Both the position numbers and the translations under genes were made by a program. From assembly GCA_951804945.1 (NCBI GenBank), contig OX638155.1, positions 42,842,001 to 42,906,000 on the forward strand: a stretch of 64,000 nucleotides of DNA. The letters run 5' to 3'. Shown here piece by piece: positions 1 to 11,800 of the stretch. Under the pieces are notes generated by a model. The model was not told the origin of the DNA, did not search any database, and saw only the letters and a program-made list of their open reading frames with translations. Position 1 is the stretch's first letter; the number at the start of each line of letters is the position of its first letter. Source of the stretch: Podarcis cretensis. Taxonomy: Eukaryota.

Positions 1-196
1 GCTTTCATCATCATCAACTTCCCTGCTTGTTTTGTCTGATGATTTGATGTTTACAAATAGGGAATCCCTCAAAAAGGAGAGCAGTAGTCTTATTTGTATT
101 ATTTTTTACAATGTTTGTCCAAATAGTTTAAGTATAGTTTTTGTTTTTGAATTAGGCTCTGTTATTTTCATCACTATCATTATTAATCGCTTATGC

Positions 197-619
197 CGGT
201 GGTTTTCAACCTGTGTGCCATGGCAACCTGGGGTGCCTTGAATGATAATCAGGGGTGCCATGGGCAACACTGGTCTCTGTTTTTCTTTCCCTCCCTCCTA
301 CCTCTGATGCCCGCTCATGTTTCTGCCTCCCAAAGGCTTGCACAGCTGTTTGTTGTAGCAGCCCTGGCTACAATCTCTCCAGGCAAATGGTGCCTCTGGG
401 GCTGGCCAGGGGGTGCTTCTCAGGCCCCTGTGGGGCAGTGAGAGGAGGCATCTCTCTTTGAGGCAGGAGGAGCAGCTCATAGACCAGTGATGGTAGCTGC
501 AGCTGCCCAGAGGACTCCCAAGGAGACGGGAGAAGCTGATGAACACTCCACAAGGGGGGTGTTCAAAAAATGGTGAGTGGCTGCAGGAGCCATGGACCCA
601 AAATGGTTGCACACCTCTG
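197..619. mobile_element. hAT-type non-autonomous DNA transposon (MITE)
   Basis: Degenerate TIRs (cggtggttttcaacc ... ggttgcacacctctg) and an 8-bp TSD with one mismatch (gcttatgc 189-196 / gtttatgc 620-627), as expected for hAT. Confidence 0.65.
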
Positions 620-639
620 GTTTATGCAGTACCATTGCT

Positions 640-1130
640 ATACGTGACACCTTAGAGTTTCATTTGTAAAGAACAGCCAAGTCTCTACCCACAAGGAGCT
701 TACTGTCTTAAAACTGAGAGTAGGGGGCAAGAAAGGAAGGGAAGGAAATAAAGTGCAGAAGATTGGTAGAACTGGAGGAAGGGTTGTAACAGGAAACAAG
801 GGCCTAAAGTCAGAGTGGACATGTGGATGAAGAAGCATTTTGAGATGGTCTGAGCAGCAGTAGAGGTCAGTGTTTTGAGTAAAGAGGACTGAGTAAATAA
901 GGAGGCTGTAAGTAATGGAAGGTCTCATCTCTATCAAGAGCTGAAAAGAGTTGCAGCTGCTCTTCATAATCCTGTTGTTGAAGGTGACACCAAAGTGTGT
1001 CACTATCAGATAGACTCTTGGGAAGATCAAGGGCATGAAGATTAGTCTGCACATGCAGATGGAACAACGACCTTTGGTTTAAAAAGGCCCCTGTTTTATT
1101 TATACTTCCAACAGGTTGCCACAGAACCAC
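640..1130 (-). mobile_element. Degraded L2-like LINE 3' fragment
   Basis: L2-type 3' motif (aaggagcttactgtct) followed by decayed ORF2-like sequence; recalled similarity only. Confidence 0.35.
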
Positions 1131-2691
1131 AACTCTACATTAGTCCTTCAACAGTGGACAAGCCACTAGCCAAAAACATATGTGGCTGTGTAATTTTCAC
1201 AGCCTGGTTATACTTCACAGCCTGGTTATACTGGTTATACTGATTTTTATTATGAAATCTCCCTTGTATAAATTGGAATGTTTTTTGGGGAGGAAGCACT
1301 ATGGATAGGGAGTCAAATCTCATGGCCCATCAAACCTTCCATTAGAAGCCTGTTCCATGAGGCTGCCTTTGTCACCAGAAAGGGGAGGCGGTGCATGCTA
1401 GCCACCTTTTATTGAATTTGTGTGAACTAGTGAGTGGGTGCAACAGGAAGGAAAGTGAGTCCATCCAGTTCTCCCATCTGAGAGTTGTCTCCCACCCTGT
1501 AACCTCTACAGTTCCCTCAGGTTTCTGACATTTACCCTCCAGGAAGGTGTTGCTTTAAGCCTTTGCTGCCATACTTGGTTTCCTCCAGACCACCTGTTCC
1601 ATCTCTTGGTGTGTGCCAATGTGTGTTAGACGAACATAGGGATGCCTATGGAGCCACTGACTTTAATCATAATATGTTACTACATTGGTCATGCTTGCTG
1701 TTCACATTTTCCTCGCCTCTTAAATTTCGACATTCCTTCTAATTGATATTTCTGGTCAGTTTTAGCAGCTGGCTAGACAGAAGTGTTGGGAGAGGAAGGT
1801 TTTTTGTTTGTTTCTGTTTTTAGCTTAAAAATGCTGCTTTCTTATTTTAAAGATGTGCATTTCAGTGGTTTTATGTAAAAGAGGGTGACAGGGAGTGTAT
1901 TTCATATTATATGCAATTTTATTTATGTATGTATGTGAAGTGCTGCCCATTTTATTTTGGTTTGAATTCAGGTTCTAACTAGAAGATAGAAGAGCTGAGG
2001 TACAAGAAAGGGAGAGATGGATTTTTCCCCTAACCCAGCTATTCTTGGATTATCCGATCCCCCAAAATGTAACTGGAAATCCACTTCCATAGAGCTTGTA
2101 AATTAAATACTTTTTAAGTCTGAAGCTGAAGCAGTTATTCAATTGATCTTGAAATGGTTCAAATAAATTACTTGATGTTTCGACCAGCTGTGCAAAGAGG
2201 ATTCAGTAATTAATAATTTAACAAAGATCCCACCAGGGAACTATTTTCAGAGGAAACGATAACTCTTATTCTCTGAACCCACTGTATACTAACAGGGAGG
2301 TTACAGAGGAAGCTGTTTATGGAAATTAAGAAGATTAGGAACAGATTCTTTAATATCAGTGCACAATTCCTGGTATTCAGCTACTTAATTGAATCAGGAA
2401 TTTTATCTTTAAATGAAAAGGCCTGAACTAGGATTTCTCCTAAGAAAGTGGATTTGATCAAAGACATAATGTTAACTAAGAAATAGATGGTGCTCCCTAC
2501 TTCTGCCCTGCTCACCGTCTAGTGCAGTTTATTGCAATTGAAAGAGGAGACTTCTAATTTCCTTGATAATCAATTACTTGGTCATCAAGGAGAATGACAA
2601 AAGAAACCAGGACAAAGGTTTTTATGACTAGGATTATGAACATAGTTATGCTAGGGAGACATGTCAAACATCATTTCCACAGATTAATTTG

Positions 2692-2921
2692 TGTGTTTTT
2701 TATTTTGCTTTTTATTTGTTTTCTTACTTGATGAACAAACACAGGCAATAAAATAACCAAAATAATAAAATGACAACATCAAGCAAAAAATGAAAAAAAA
2801 AATGAAAAAAACCATACAAAAAGCATACATACAACCATAAATCCATATGTTCTTATATACAGATTTATGTCACCCTATTCTTTAATCCCAATTCCTTTTC
2901 TTCTCTAATAGACTTCCGTCC
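2692..2921 (-). mobile_element. 5'-truncated L1-like 3' end with 16-bp TSD
   Basis: Perfect direct repeat tccacagattaatttg at 2676-2691 and 2922-2937; T-rich left end corresponds to an A-rich tail on the minus strand. Confidence 0.65.
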
Positions 2922-4611
2922 TCCACAGATTAATTTGGTAAGGTGTAGAAGCTCTGGGCTACAACTATCCATAACACTTTCCTTTTCAAGAAGAAGGAAT
3001 TCCAGCAGGTTTAGCTATAATGAAATCCTCTCTTCTAGAAGTGCTGGTGCCCTGTCCTCTTTTCCACCCAGCCACCCTACTGCTACTCCAGCATAGCCAC
3101 ACAGAGGACATCAGTTGTTTTTAATTTTGATTTTGATTAGCATCATCTGGAGTTACATTGATGTGGTTAATCATAAATCATGGTTTATTGAAACAAGTCA
3201 AATTCATAACCCTAGCTTTGAAGTTGTCCTTTTCAAGTTATAACTAGCAACATGTTTAAGTATGGACTAGCCACACAATCATTCCTATCTAAGGGCTCAT
3301 CCACAATTCCTTTTGTGCCACATTTCTAGGCACAGGTCAGCACTTTAAAGCTCTGTGTCCAAACCTGCATTTTACCACTGAATCGGGGCAAACAACAATA
3401 GGTTTTCTGCACACATAGCGCTTTAAAGTCCAGAGCTGTGCCTGGAAGAGGAAGTCTGGATAATCCCTAAGTCACCTTGTGACTTATTTTTATTTTTCTG
3501 TCATCTCCAGATTGTACCCATATCTAGGCAAACAGCATATTAAAAATCCTAAGCATCTGTTCTAATTGTCTTTTCCAATGAAAGCTGCTCTTGAACACAA
3601 ACAGCATATGGGTACATGATTGCTCATGTTCATATATAATTTATGTTCTCTTTGATTCATTTGGTAAGCACAGTAATCTGTACCTAGAAAGAAAAGGTGA
3701 ATTCCATTTTGGTTTTGTATTATCTTGCTTTACACATTAGTAGTAGACACTGATACAAAATGTCATAGCATTAAGGCTCTTGCATACCTATCTAGGAATA
3801 AGCCCCAGTGAAAACAAATGGACTTACTTTTGAGAAGATATGTATAGGATTGCACTATAAAAAGATCCAACTCAGCCGTTTTCCAAAAAGGATTGCATCC
3901 TGTGATATTTGATAGCTATTTTTCCATCTTGGCAAGATGAGAAATGTCTATTTTGCAGCCAGGCTACTGCTTGTCTTGGAATTGCTAACAGTGGAAGTAA
4001 CTGCTATTGCTTCCCATTTGTCTGACTAAATTAATCTGCATTGAATTAATTAATTATCATTTCAGAGTTTATACTGACAAAAAACAGCCTTTAAAAGACC
4101 TGTATTTACAGTAATTTTGTGGTGTGTGAGAGATCTAATAGCTAGCTGTATTTTTTGCTGTAAATTTAAGTTAGTTGCCCTTTACCGTCTGTTTGAATTA
4201 TTTTCAGTCTGAATATTGGTTATAAGCAGTTGCTTCCAATATTTTATTCTATTTTTCACTGGTCTGAAGACATTGTGGCCTTGATTCTCTTGAGATAACT
4301 AAAAGCTGGGAAACGGTAGGGATATATATCAAATGACAGAGGGATACCAGTGTCTGTTGCAGCAAAAACAATAGAGTGTTTTGTGGCACCTTAAATACTT
4401 AACAAATTCATTTTGATGTTTGTTTGTTTGATGCTCTTTGTCGGAAGCTCTCTGGGCAGTTCACAGCATTAAAATACAAAATAAAAACACAAAACACATA
4501 ATAAAAACAAGAACAAGAACAAAACTAACCCATAGCAATCCCCCATAAACTTCCATAGACTAGTCCTCTTCATCAAATGTTACCTGCAGTTGTGTCTGTA
4601 TGTTTATCTAT

Positions 4612-4630
4612 ACACACACACACACACACG
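4612..4630. repeat. (CA)n microsatellite
   Basis: Direct reading. Confidence 0.85.
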
Positions 4631-5148
4631 TATGCGCACACATACGGTACATACACACATTTGGCAGGGAAGAGGAATGTAAAGAGTGAAGTTGAAGGAA
4701 AGCAAAGGATGGTGGAAATAGCATAACTATCACAGTCTGCACTTACCTGCATATCATTTTCCTTGCACTTCACTGTTTAGAATCCTCCTCCCTTAGCTCC
4801 CTTTGTACATCTGTTGGCTGTTGTCCACAAAAATGTGTTAGGTGCCACAAGACTCCTGGTTTTTTAAAATCTATATCTTAAGTGGTAATAGAATTATTTA
4901 AAGGTAAAAAACAAATGTTTTTTCCCAACTACATATCAGTTGGAAAATACTTACAAGTGTGACCAAAAAATAGTCTGGTAAAATGCATTTCAAGCTATCC
5001 TTGAGCTTTATTCTTTTCTTTTAGTTATATTTTCTGTTTGCGTGTATGTTTCCTTGTGAATTTCCTTTGGGTTCTGCAAGGTGTAAGTAGCTGGCTGCTG
5101 ATATGCTAAAACTATTTTTAGCAATATTGGATGGATGATTTGTTTATC

Positions 5149-5280
5149 CACAGAATCATAGAATTGGACAGGACCATGAGGGTCATATAATCCAACCCCC
5201 TCACAGGAATCTTTTGCCCAACATTGGGCTGAGACCCACAACCCTGGAATTAAGAGTCTTGGGCTCTACTGACAGATGTA
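5149..5280 (-). mobile_element. tRNA-Lys(CTT)-derived SINE with CR1-type 3' tail
   Basis: 5215-5280 resembles the reverse complement of tRNA-Lys CTT (gcccaac..gggct..acccacaaccctg..attaagagtc....gctctactgac). 5149-5200 is a CR1-like tail (minus strand ...ccaattctatgattctgtg). Confidence 0.6.
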
Positions 5281-5686
5281 CCTTTCTGCACAACTGGGGG
5301 TGGGGAACTGCTTTGTAGTCTAGTAGAGGTACAGGAGGGTTCACATGGGCAAAAGTGCTCCCCAAGTTTTAACATTTTATTGGTTTTATTTAACTTTGAG
5401 CAAAGGGTTATCTGCTAGAAACACAAATAAGTTTATAATTTGAATGAGATCAGGTTTTTGAAAGTACATTTGTGAAAGTCACATGCTTCCCTTCCTCCTC
5501 AGATCCACTAATGCTTTTCTGTCGCATCACATCCACATTGCACTCCAGTGTCTGTATCTTTATAGAAAAAAGAGATAAATTTCACAGTTGTGAAACTTCG
5601 GTATTAATTGCGCTGTGAGAAACAAGTATAAGTGGAGTTTACTTTTCTACTGTGCCACCACAATAATTTTTCTCTTTCCCCCCTAG

Positions 5687-5853
5687 ATGTATCAACACCA
5701 GAGGCCTCCAAAAATCTTTCAGAAAGCTGTCAGAATGGCAGCTTCTCATCAGAAGCAAAGGTGAATGGCATCGGTGCTACTAAGTTGACAGTACAACGGA
5801 AGAGACTTTTGAAAGCTCCCACTTTGGCTGAACTGGATAGCTCAGATTCAGAG
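5687..5853 (+). CDS. SPIRE1: SPIRE1 exon ([10 protein letters not shown]...[13 protein letters not shown])
   Basis: ccctag|AT ... GAG|gtaagg; 167 bp; contains the [11 protein letters not shown] motif. Confidence 0.93.
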
Positions 5854-8800
5854 GTAAGGTGCTGGTTAGTCTGAACCTCTTTTCAGGATTTACATTTTTG
5901 TTGATTAATTTCTATTTTGTCAGAATTTTTTGTTCAGGGTATTATATATTTGTTTTTTGATTAATTTTAAATCTTACCTTAAGCCAGAAAAGGTTTTCAG
6001 AGCAATTACAGATCAATACAAGCAAGTTCCTGCCCCCAGGCTTAAAATCTAAAAAGACACGACACAAAAAGGAAAAGGACTAAGGGAGAAGGAAATAAGC
6101 AAACTTAGGTTTATGTTACAAGTTACTCTAATAATCATTGGGGGGGCGGTGTAGAAGAAGTTAAAGAAGAGGCAGAGCCAAAGTTATTGGTCTCTCAGTT
6201 CTGCCAATGAACTGGTCTATATCCCTTCTCTTCCCTTCTGCCTTGTGGAATGGCCGCTGTCAGACGATGATCATATGGAGGTGTCTGGCTTCTCAGCAAA
6301 GCTGGTGGCCCTGCATCCCTTGAAGGTTGGTGGCTCAGGAACTAGAGTGGAGACGAGAGAGACTTTGGGCTGTGCAAGATCTTTCAATAAGTTGCATGTG
6401 ATTCCTGTGCCCAGCACTGCACATTCTTTAAACTCCTGAGTGAAGAGGAGGCACTGCAGTATTTGCCTGTCCATGTTTGGTTTCTTTGGGAGTGCTGGCA
6501 TGGTTTTGTCTGATTGTTCTAGTCCCAGGGAACTTTATGGCCCTTCCAAATTCTGGAAGCTCAGGCTGAATAACAGCACATAGCATTTCTTGTAGAATAA
6601 CAGTTTCTGTCATAGACTGTCACAAGTCTATCAGAGTTCAACCTTCTTTTTGCTTTTGTCTGTATTCAGTAATAGCTTACAGTTGGGTTATAGTGCTGCA
6701 TTCACTCCCCTAAATAAAACAAGTAATGAATCAGTCTTGACAAAATGTGAGGTTTTCCACATTTTCTTTTAAGATTAACAACCCAGTTCTAAAATTTAGT
6801 GAACAAAACCTAAGTAGGTTTCCGTGAACCTTTGCTAGGACTCAAGGTCAAAGCAATACTTGAACAGGCGACTTAAGGGATGTTCTGTGGGGATTCAGTT
6901 TGTTTGGCTAACAAGGCAATTGCAAGGAGACACGCCATCAAGCAGGTAAACTTCCATGCACCAGTCAGCCAGGTAGCATTCCTGATGCCTATAAAAATTT
7001 CCAGGTCAGGCATGCTTGTAACAGAAGCATTCACCTCTTTCTCACCCCACCCTCAGCTACTGAGGAGTTGGAACAGACAAACTTACAATACCAGAATTTT
7101 TTTATTATAAAATGCATTGTGATAAAAATCATCAAGGTTTTAACGCTGTTTATAATGCTAACAAGTGTCTCAATTAAAGTTAACTCTTATTTCACTTAAA
7201 CAGAAACTGAATTAATTACAGCTCTCTCCTCTAAAGTCCTGACATAGAAGTCTTGATTACAGATGGATAGATAGTTCAAATTTGGTTTATGCCAATTTCA
7301 CTTTTAAAAAATAAAAAGTCTGTTTCAGCCCTTAGGGACAATCATGTCATCCCCACCCCCTGCCATATAATTTTCTTCAGTGACGACACATAATCACAAA
7401 CTATTGTTCCAGGGGCCTTTGCAGCTCCATTTTTAATCCATGCAACAGGAGCTGTACTTTGTAGCTGCTCAGAATGGCTTGTACCTTTTTTTAAAAAGTT
7501 AAAAATGAAGCTCTTGAACCACCTTGTAGTATTTGTTGTGGATCTGGATTCCAAAGAGAACCACGTTATGACCTGCACAGAAATCTTTGTTTGTGTATCA
7601 AGTGAGTTTGCTTTGGAATATGGACGTGCAAATTTCCACCATGCCATATCATGATTTGTTGATAAAGGACTTAAACAATAGCAGCAATCAGTGAAAGGGC
7701 TTGAGTGTAATTTCTGAGCTACAGCTTATTTAACTTGAAATTCCATTTTTGAAAGAAGATGCCATAAAAGAAAAATGTGAAGCTCCTGTTACTGGCCGGG
7801 GACAGTGATTTATTCAATGCTTATAGCCAGGAGAATACAGCTTGGATTGTATATAATGTAAATACGACCTTAGGTTGAATTTCATGTTATAATAAATTGA
7901 AAGTAAATTACCAATACAATTTAAAGAAATAGGAAAAATGCTATATTGAGTAGAAATACCAGCTAAGTAATCATGTTATACTTTATAAGTATGTAAGCTG
8001 CAAACTCTATTCTAAATTCAAATGAATAAAAGTAATATTTGTTGAGTATATACATAAGAAAATTTATGGAAACAGAGCAAAGAGGTACATGAGCAAAGGT
8101 GTTGGGGGGGGGACAACCACAAGATTTTGTAATCTGTTGTCTTCTAGCAATATTTTTATTAATGTGATCCAATGTTTATATATACTAGTGTTTTTCAGTA
8201 CCTTGTGTTGATAAAAACTCTGATCATGGCACATGAAAAGTTTGCTAATAACTAGAAAGTAGAAATGCTAAAGCATTTCTTTTAATTGGAACTTGTTAAA
8301 TAAAGTATTGCAGATGTTGTCTGCTTTTTAAAGTGGAAGCAATTGATCAACAAGAACATCAAAAGGACCTATTTTCTTTTTTCTAGGAGGAGTATGTACA
8401 GAAATCACCCAGCAGCAGTAGTATTTCTCCCTCCCAAATGGAAGATACATTTCCAGAGACCATATCTGGGAAAAAGGGTAAGAATCCAACCTTTGAAAAA
8501 GTGTGCAGTACAGTAGGAACTTCTAGGAGCAGATGACCCAATTCACTAAGTTAAAGGAAACTTACACAGCAACATGGGTCTATCTTAGACATATCTCATA
8601 AGGAGAGCAGGAAACCAGTTGTAGAAAATTCTTTTAAGTTGAATTAATTTGGTAATGATTTGTAATAATTTGTAAAATAAATAACAATAATTGGCAAAAA
8701 AAGGAAAGTCCTGGTGTCCAGGGAGTCTGATCTGGAACAGTCTAAAGGAAAATGCAGGTGTGATACTTCAGGATCTATTGACAACCTTTGCTGTGCCGTT

Positions 8801-11800
8801 GGGGGTGGCGACGAGATCATACTGGCCTATCACTTATCAAACCTTTATTAGGCATTATGCAGGTAAAACCATAAAAGGAAAATAACATATAAAAGCCTTG
8901 AGATATATATAAAAAAGGCAGGAGTTGGCTACATACAAATATAAATATATACATATAGAATCAGTGGTTTTCCTTGTTAACCTGCTCCTTGGAGGACTGC
9001 TGCCAAAAACTCGGCTACCCCCGCCGTTACCCTTTGGTCAGCGTCGGATAGGTAGAGTCCCACACATTCAGCTTGCTGGGGTTCCAGACCACCCGAAAGG
9101 GGGGACAGCACGCGTTGACGGAGCGTACTGTACAATGGGCAATGAAAGAGGATATGCTCTACAGTGTCCGGGACATTCATAGAACATCTGCAGAATCTCT
9201 TACTTCTGGGAATGTTTTGATATCTTCCCCAGACAAATGCTGAGGGAAAAACATTCAAACGGGCCAGCATAAAAGCCCTACGTTGGGCTGGGATTATTAA
9301 TTTAGAGACGTAATTGGCTCTGCAATCTAAGATATTTAAATCGTAGAAACTGGGGGAGCAAATTTTGTTTACAGCTGCCATAATATTTTGTCTCTCGACA
9401 TCCTTTAGTCTAGTTAGGATATTATGGAGAATATATTGCTCATTAGAATTGTACAGGAGCTCCAGCTCGATGCCTAAAGATTCATTTTTTTTTTCAAGGT
9501 GCTATTTTGAATGTATTCTGAATGTTCTTACGTGATGCCAATAAAGGTTACTTGATTTGACTTGACAACCTTTGCATCAACCTTTAAGTCTTGAACATCT
9601 GAAATCCTCATGGCCTCCTGTGATTCTATAGATTTGTACCGGCCATATGAGGAGTGTTTGAGCAACACACTTGTGTATCACCTCTATCAAAACAGCGTAA
9701 GAGTGATGCCTGCGGAGAGGGGAGGATTATGCTTTTGTAATTCCATGGTCTTTTTAAAAAAAAGCTCTTCACACTTTCAGATGAGGTTGTGATTACTAGG
9801 GAGCAATGCCGAATATTTCTACTCAGTTGTAGAATCCTGCTGTAGCAAAATCCACTGGTAGTCATGTGAATCTGTAGGGATGGGGTATAACGAAGCAAGA
9901 AATCATTTTAGCCATATTAGAAAATGCAGCTAACAGTCTGTACAATTGTACATATGTTAATTATTTGAAGTTGTATCTTTATAGCAACCACCGATGTAGT
10001 GAAGAAATGTTGCAATGTAGTGGTTTAGATGTGGATTGAGTAAGGGAGTTAAATCATTAGGTCAGCTAAGCTCCTGAATTGTTGGGGAAATAGTTTAGCC
10101 TCACTCTGGGTTGATTTCACACAAAGGTATGTGGTTTATAAAGAAACCTTAGCTCACATTTTTGTTATCTTCCTGTAAAGGTGTTAAAATAAATATAGAA
10201 GAATTTTATTAGATTTTGGCTTGGAAGCTGACTTGGAATCATTTTTATAAATTTACCACCATAATAAATACACTGAAAATTGTGTTCAACACTTGATGCA
10301 GTTCCACTTATTAAAGCATCACCACAGTCTGAGTAGAACAATAGGATTGGGTTCCTTTGATGTAATTGGTCCTGTTCTTAAAAGAAAATGTCTGATTATT
10401 AGCAAAGTAAACTGTTACTTAGAACTAATTGATGCTGATTGAATTTATAGTGCCTCCGAAATTCTTGCCAATATCATCCACACCACAGCCAGAGAGGAGA
10501 CAGCCACCTCAGAGGCGACATTCCATTGAAAAGGAAACACCAACCAATGTTCGACAGTTCCTGCCACCTACAAAGCAGAGCTCCAGATCACTTGTAAGTA
10601 GCGTGGTAGATAATTTTCGACACTGGTTGATGGGTAAAGACACAACAGCTGCACAACAATGAGAGGATAATGAAATGCTGTGTTGAAACCCAGATGTAAT
10701 ACTACCTTGAACTGTGTGAGAATTTGAATCAGCACTTGAGCTTCATCCACTGTAAACTGATTGGAAACTCCAGGAGAAAACTTTCTGATTCAAGTTTTGA
10801 ATGTTGTGCTTAAGCGTTGATGACATTTTTATTTAAATATGCTGACAAAATTATTATGTTTCTAAATAACAAGAAGGTTGATATTTTCCCCTCTCTCACA
10901 TTAGTTTGATTTTAAAAGCCTAGAGCAGATGTGATCGCATGGCAATATAAGAATCCATTGAGGACAATTTTTTAATTTTTTCTTGAAAACGAGTACAACA
11001 GATTAGCCAATTGGCTTTAATTGAAAGCAGTTTTCCGACAGCACGTAAATGTGATGGGGGAACAAAATGCCTGCTTTGGGGCTGGCACTGTGCCTTAAAT
11101 AACTTGGATTTCATATGAGAGTTCCGAGTTCACTTTTTAGTCTCTTGTCCCTTGCCAGAAGGGCCCAAGAGTGTCCCTTAGAACTGAGGCAGACTGAAAG
11201 AAGTTTTTGAGATAGCAGGGGGCACTTGGCAAGCTCTTCAAGTCAATTTATTTGCATTGCTTAACTTGAAGAGAGTCCTTCTTATTCCTCCTTGGCTCAA
11301 GAGGCCATGATTGGGATGCCAACTGTTCAAGGTGCTGAGGTTAACTTGTATTAAATAATATACTTCATGTACTAATGTAGAGGGCACAGTCTATTCCCCA
11401 AGAAGAAATCAAATGGTTTGTTGTCATATGATTCTAACTTGAGTACATCTTATGATCCTAGGTAAATGGCATTTCAGTAACCTTAAGCTTATTTGTTAGT
11501 GCAGCGTGCAGAGTACAACACAAAAAGAATTGTTTTTGAAAAGTTAGCTAAAGAAAGTAATTGTTTTACACATGAGAGAGAGTTTGTTTGAAGTATGACT
11601 GAGGGAAGTAATCAACATACAGAAAATCTAGCTTTTTTATGTGGTACAAAGATGTTTGTTTCCACTGAGGCCAATCACAGCCACATATCTACACGGGGGG
11701 GGGGGGGTGTTGTTTGGGAGTATTTAATTGGTTGCCGTTTCTGATTAACATTATTCTGATCCTGTACAAAATTGGAGTTTCTTTTTTGTGCTTTTGAAAA

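Noticed and set aside
1-5686. SPIRE1 small alternative exon (recalled AMRPLSMSYSFDLS-type) expected upstream of 5687
   Set aside because: Not found by eye in this interval; probably upstream of the window.
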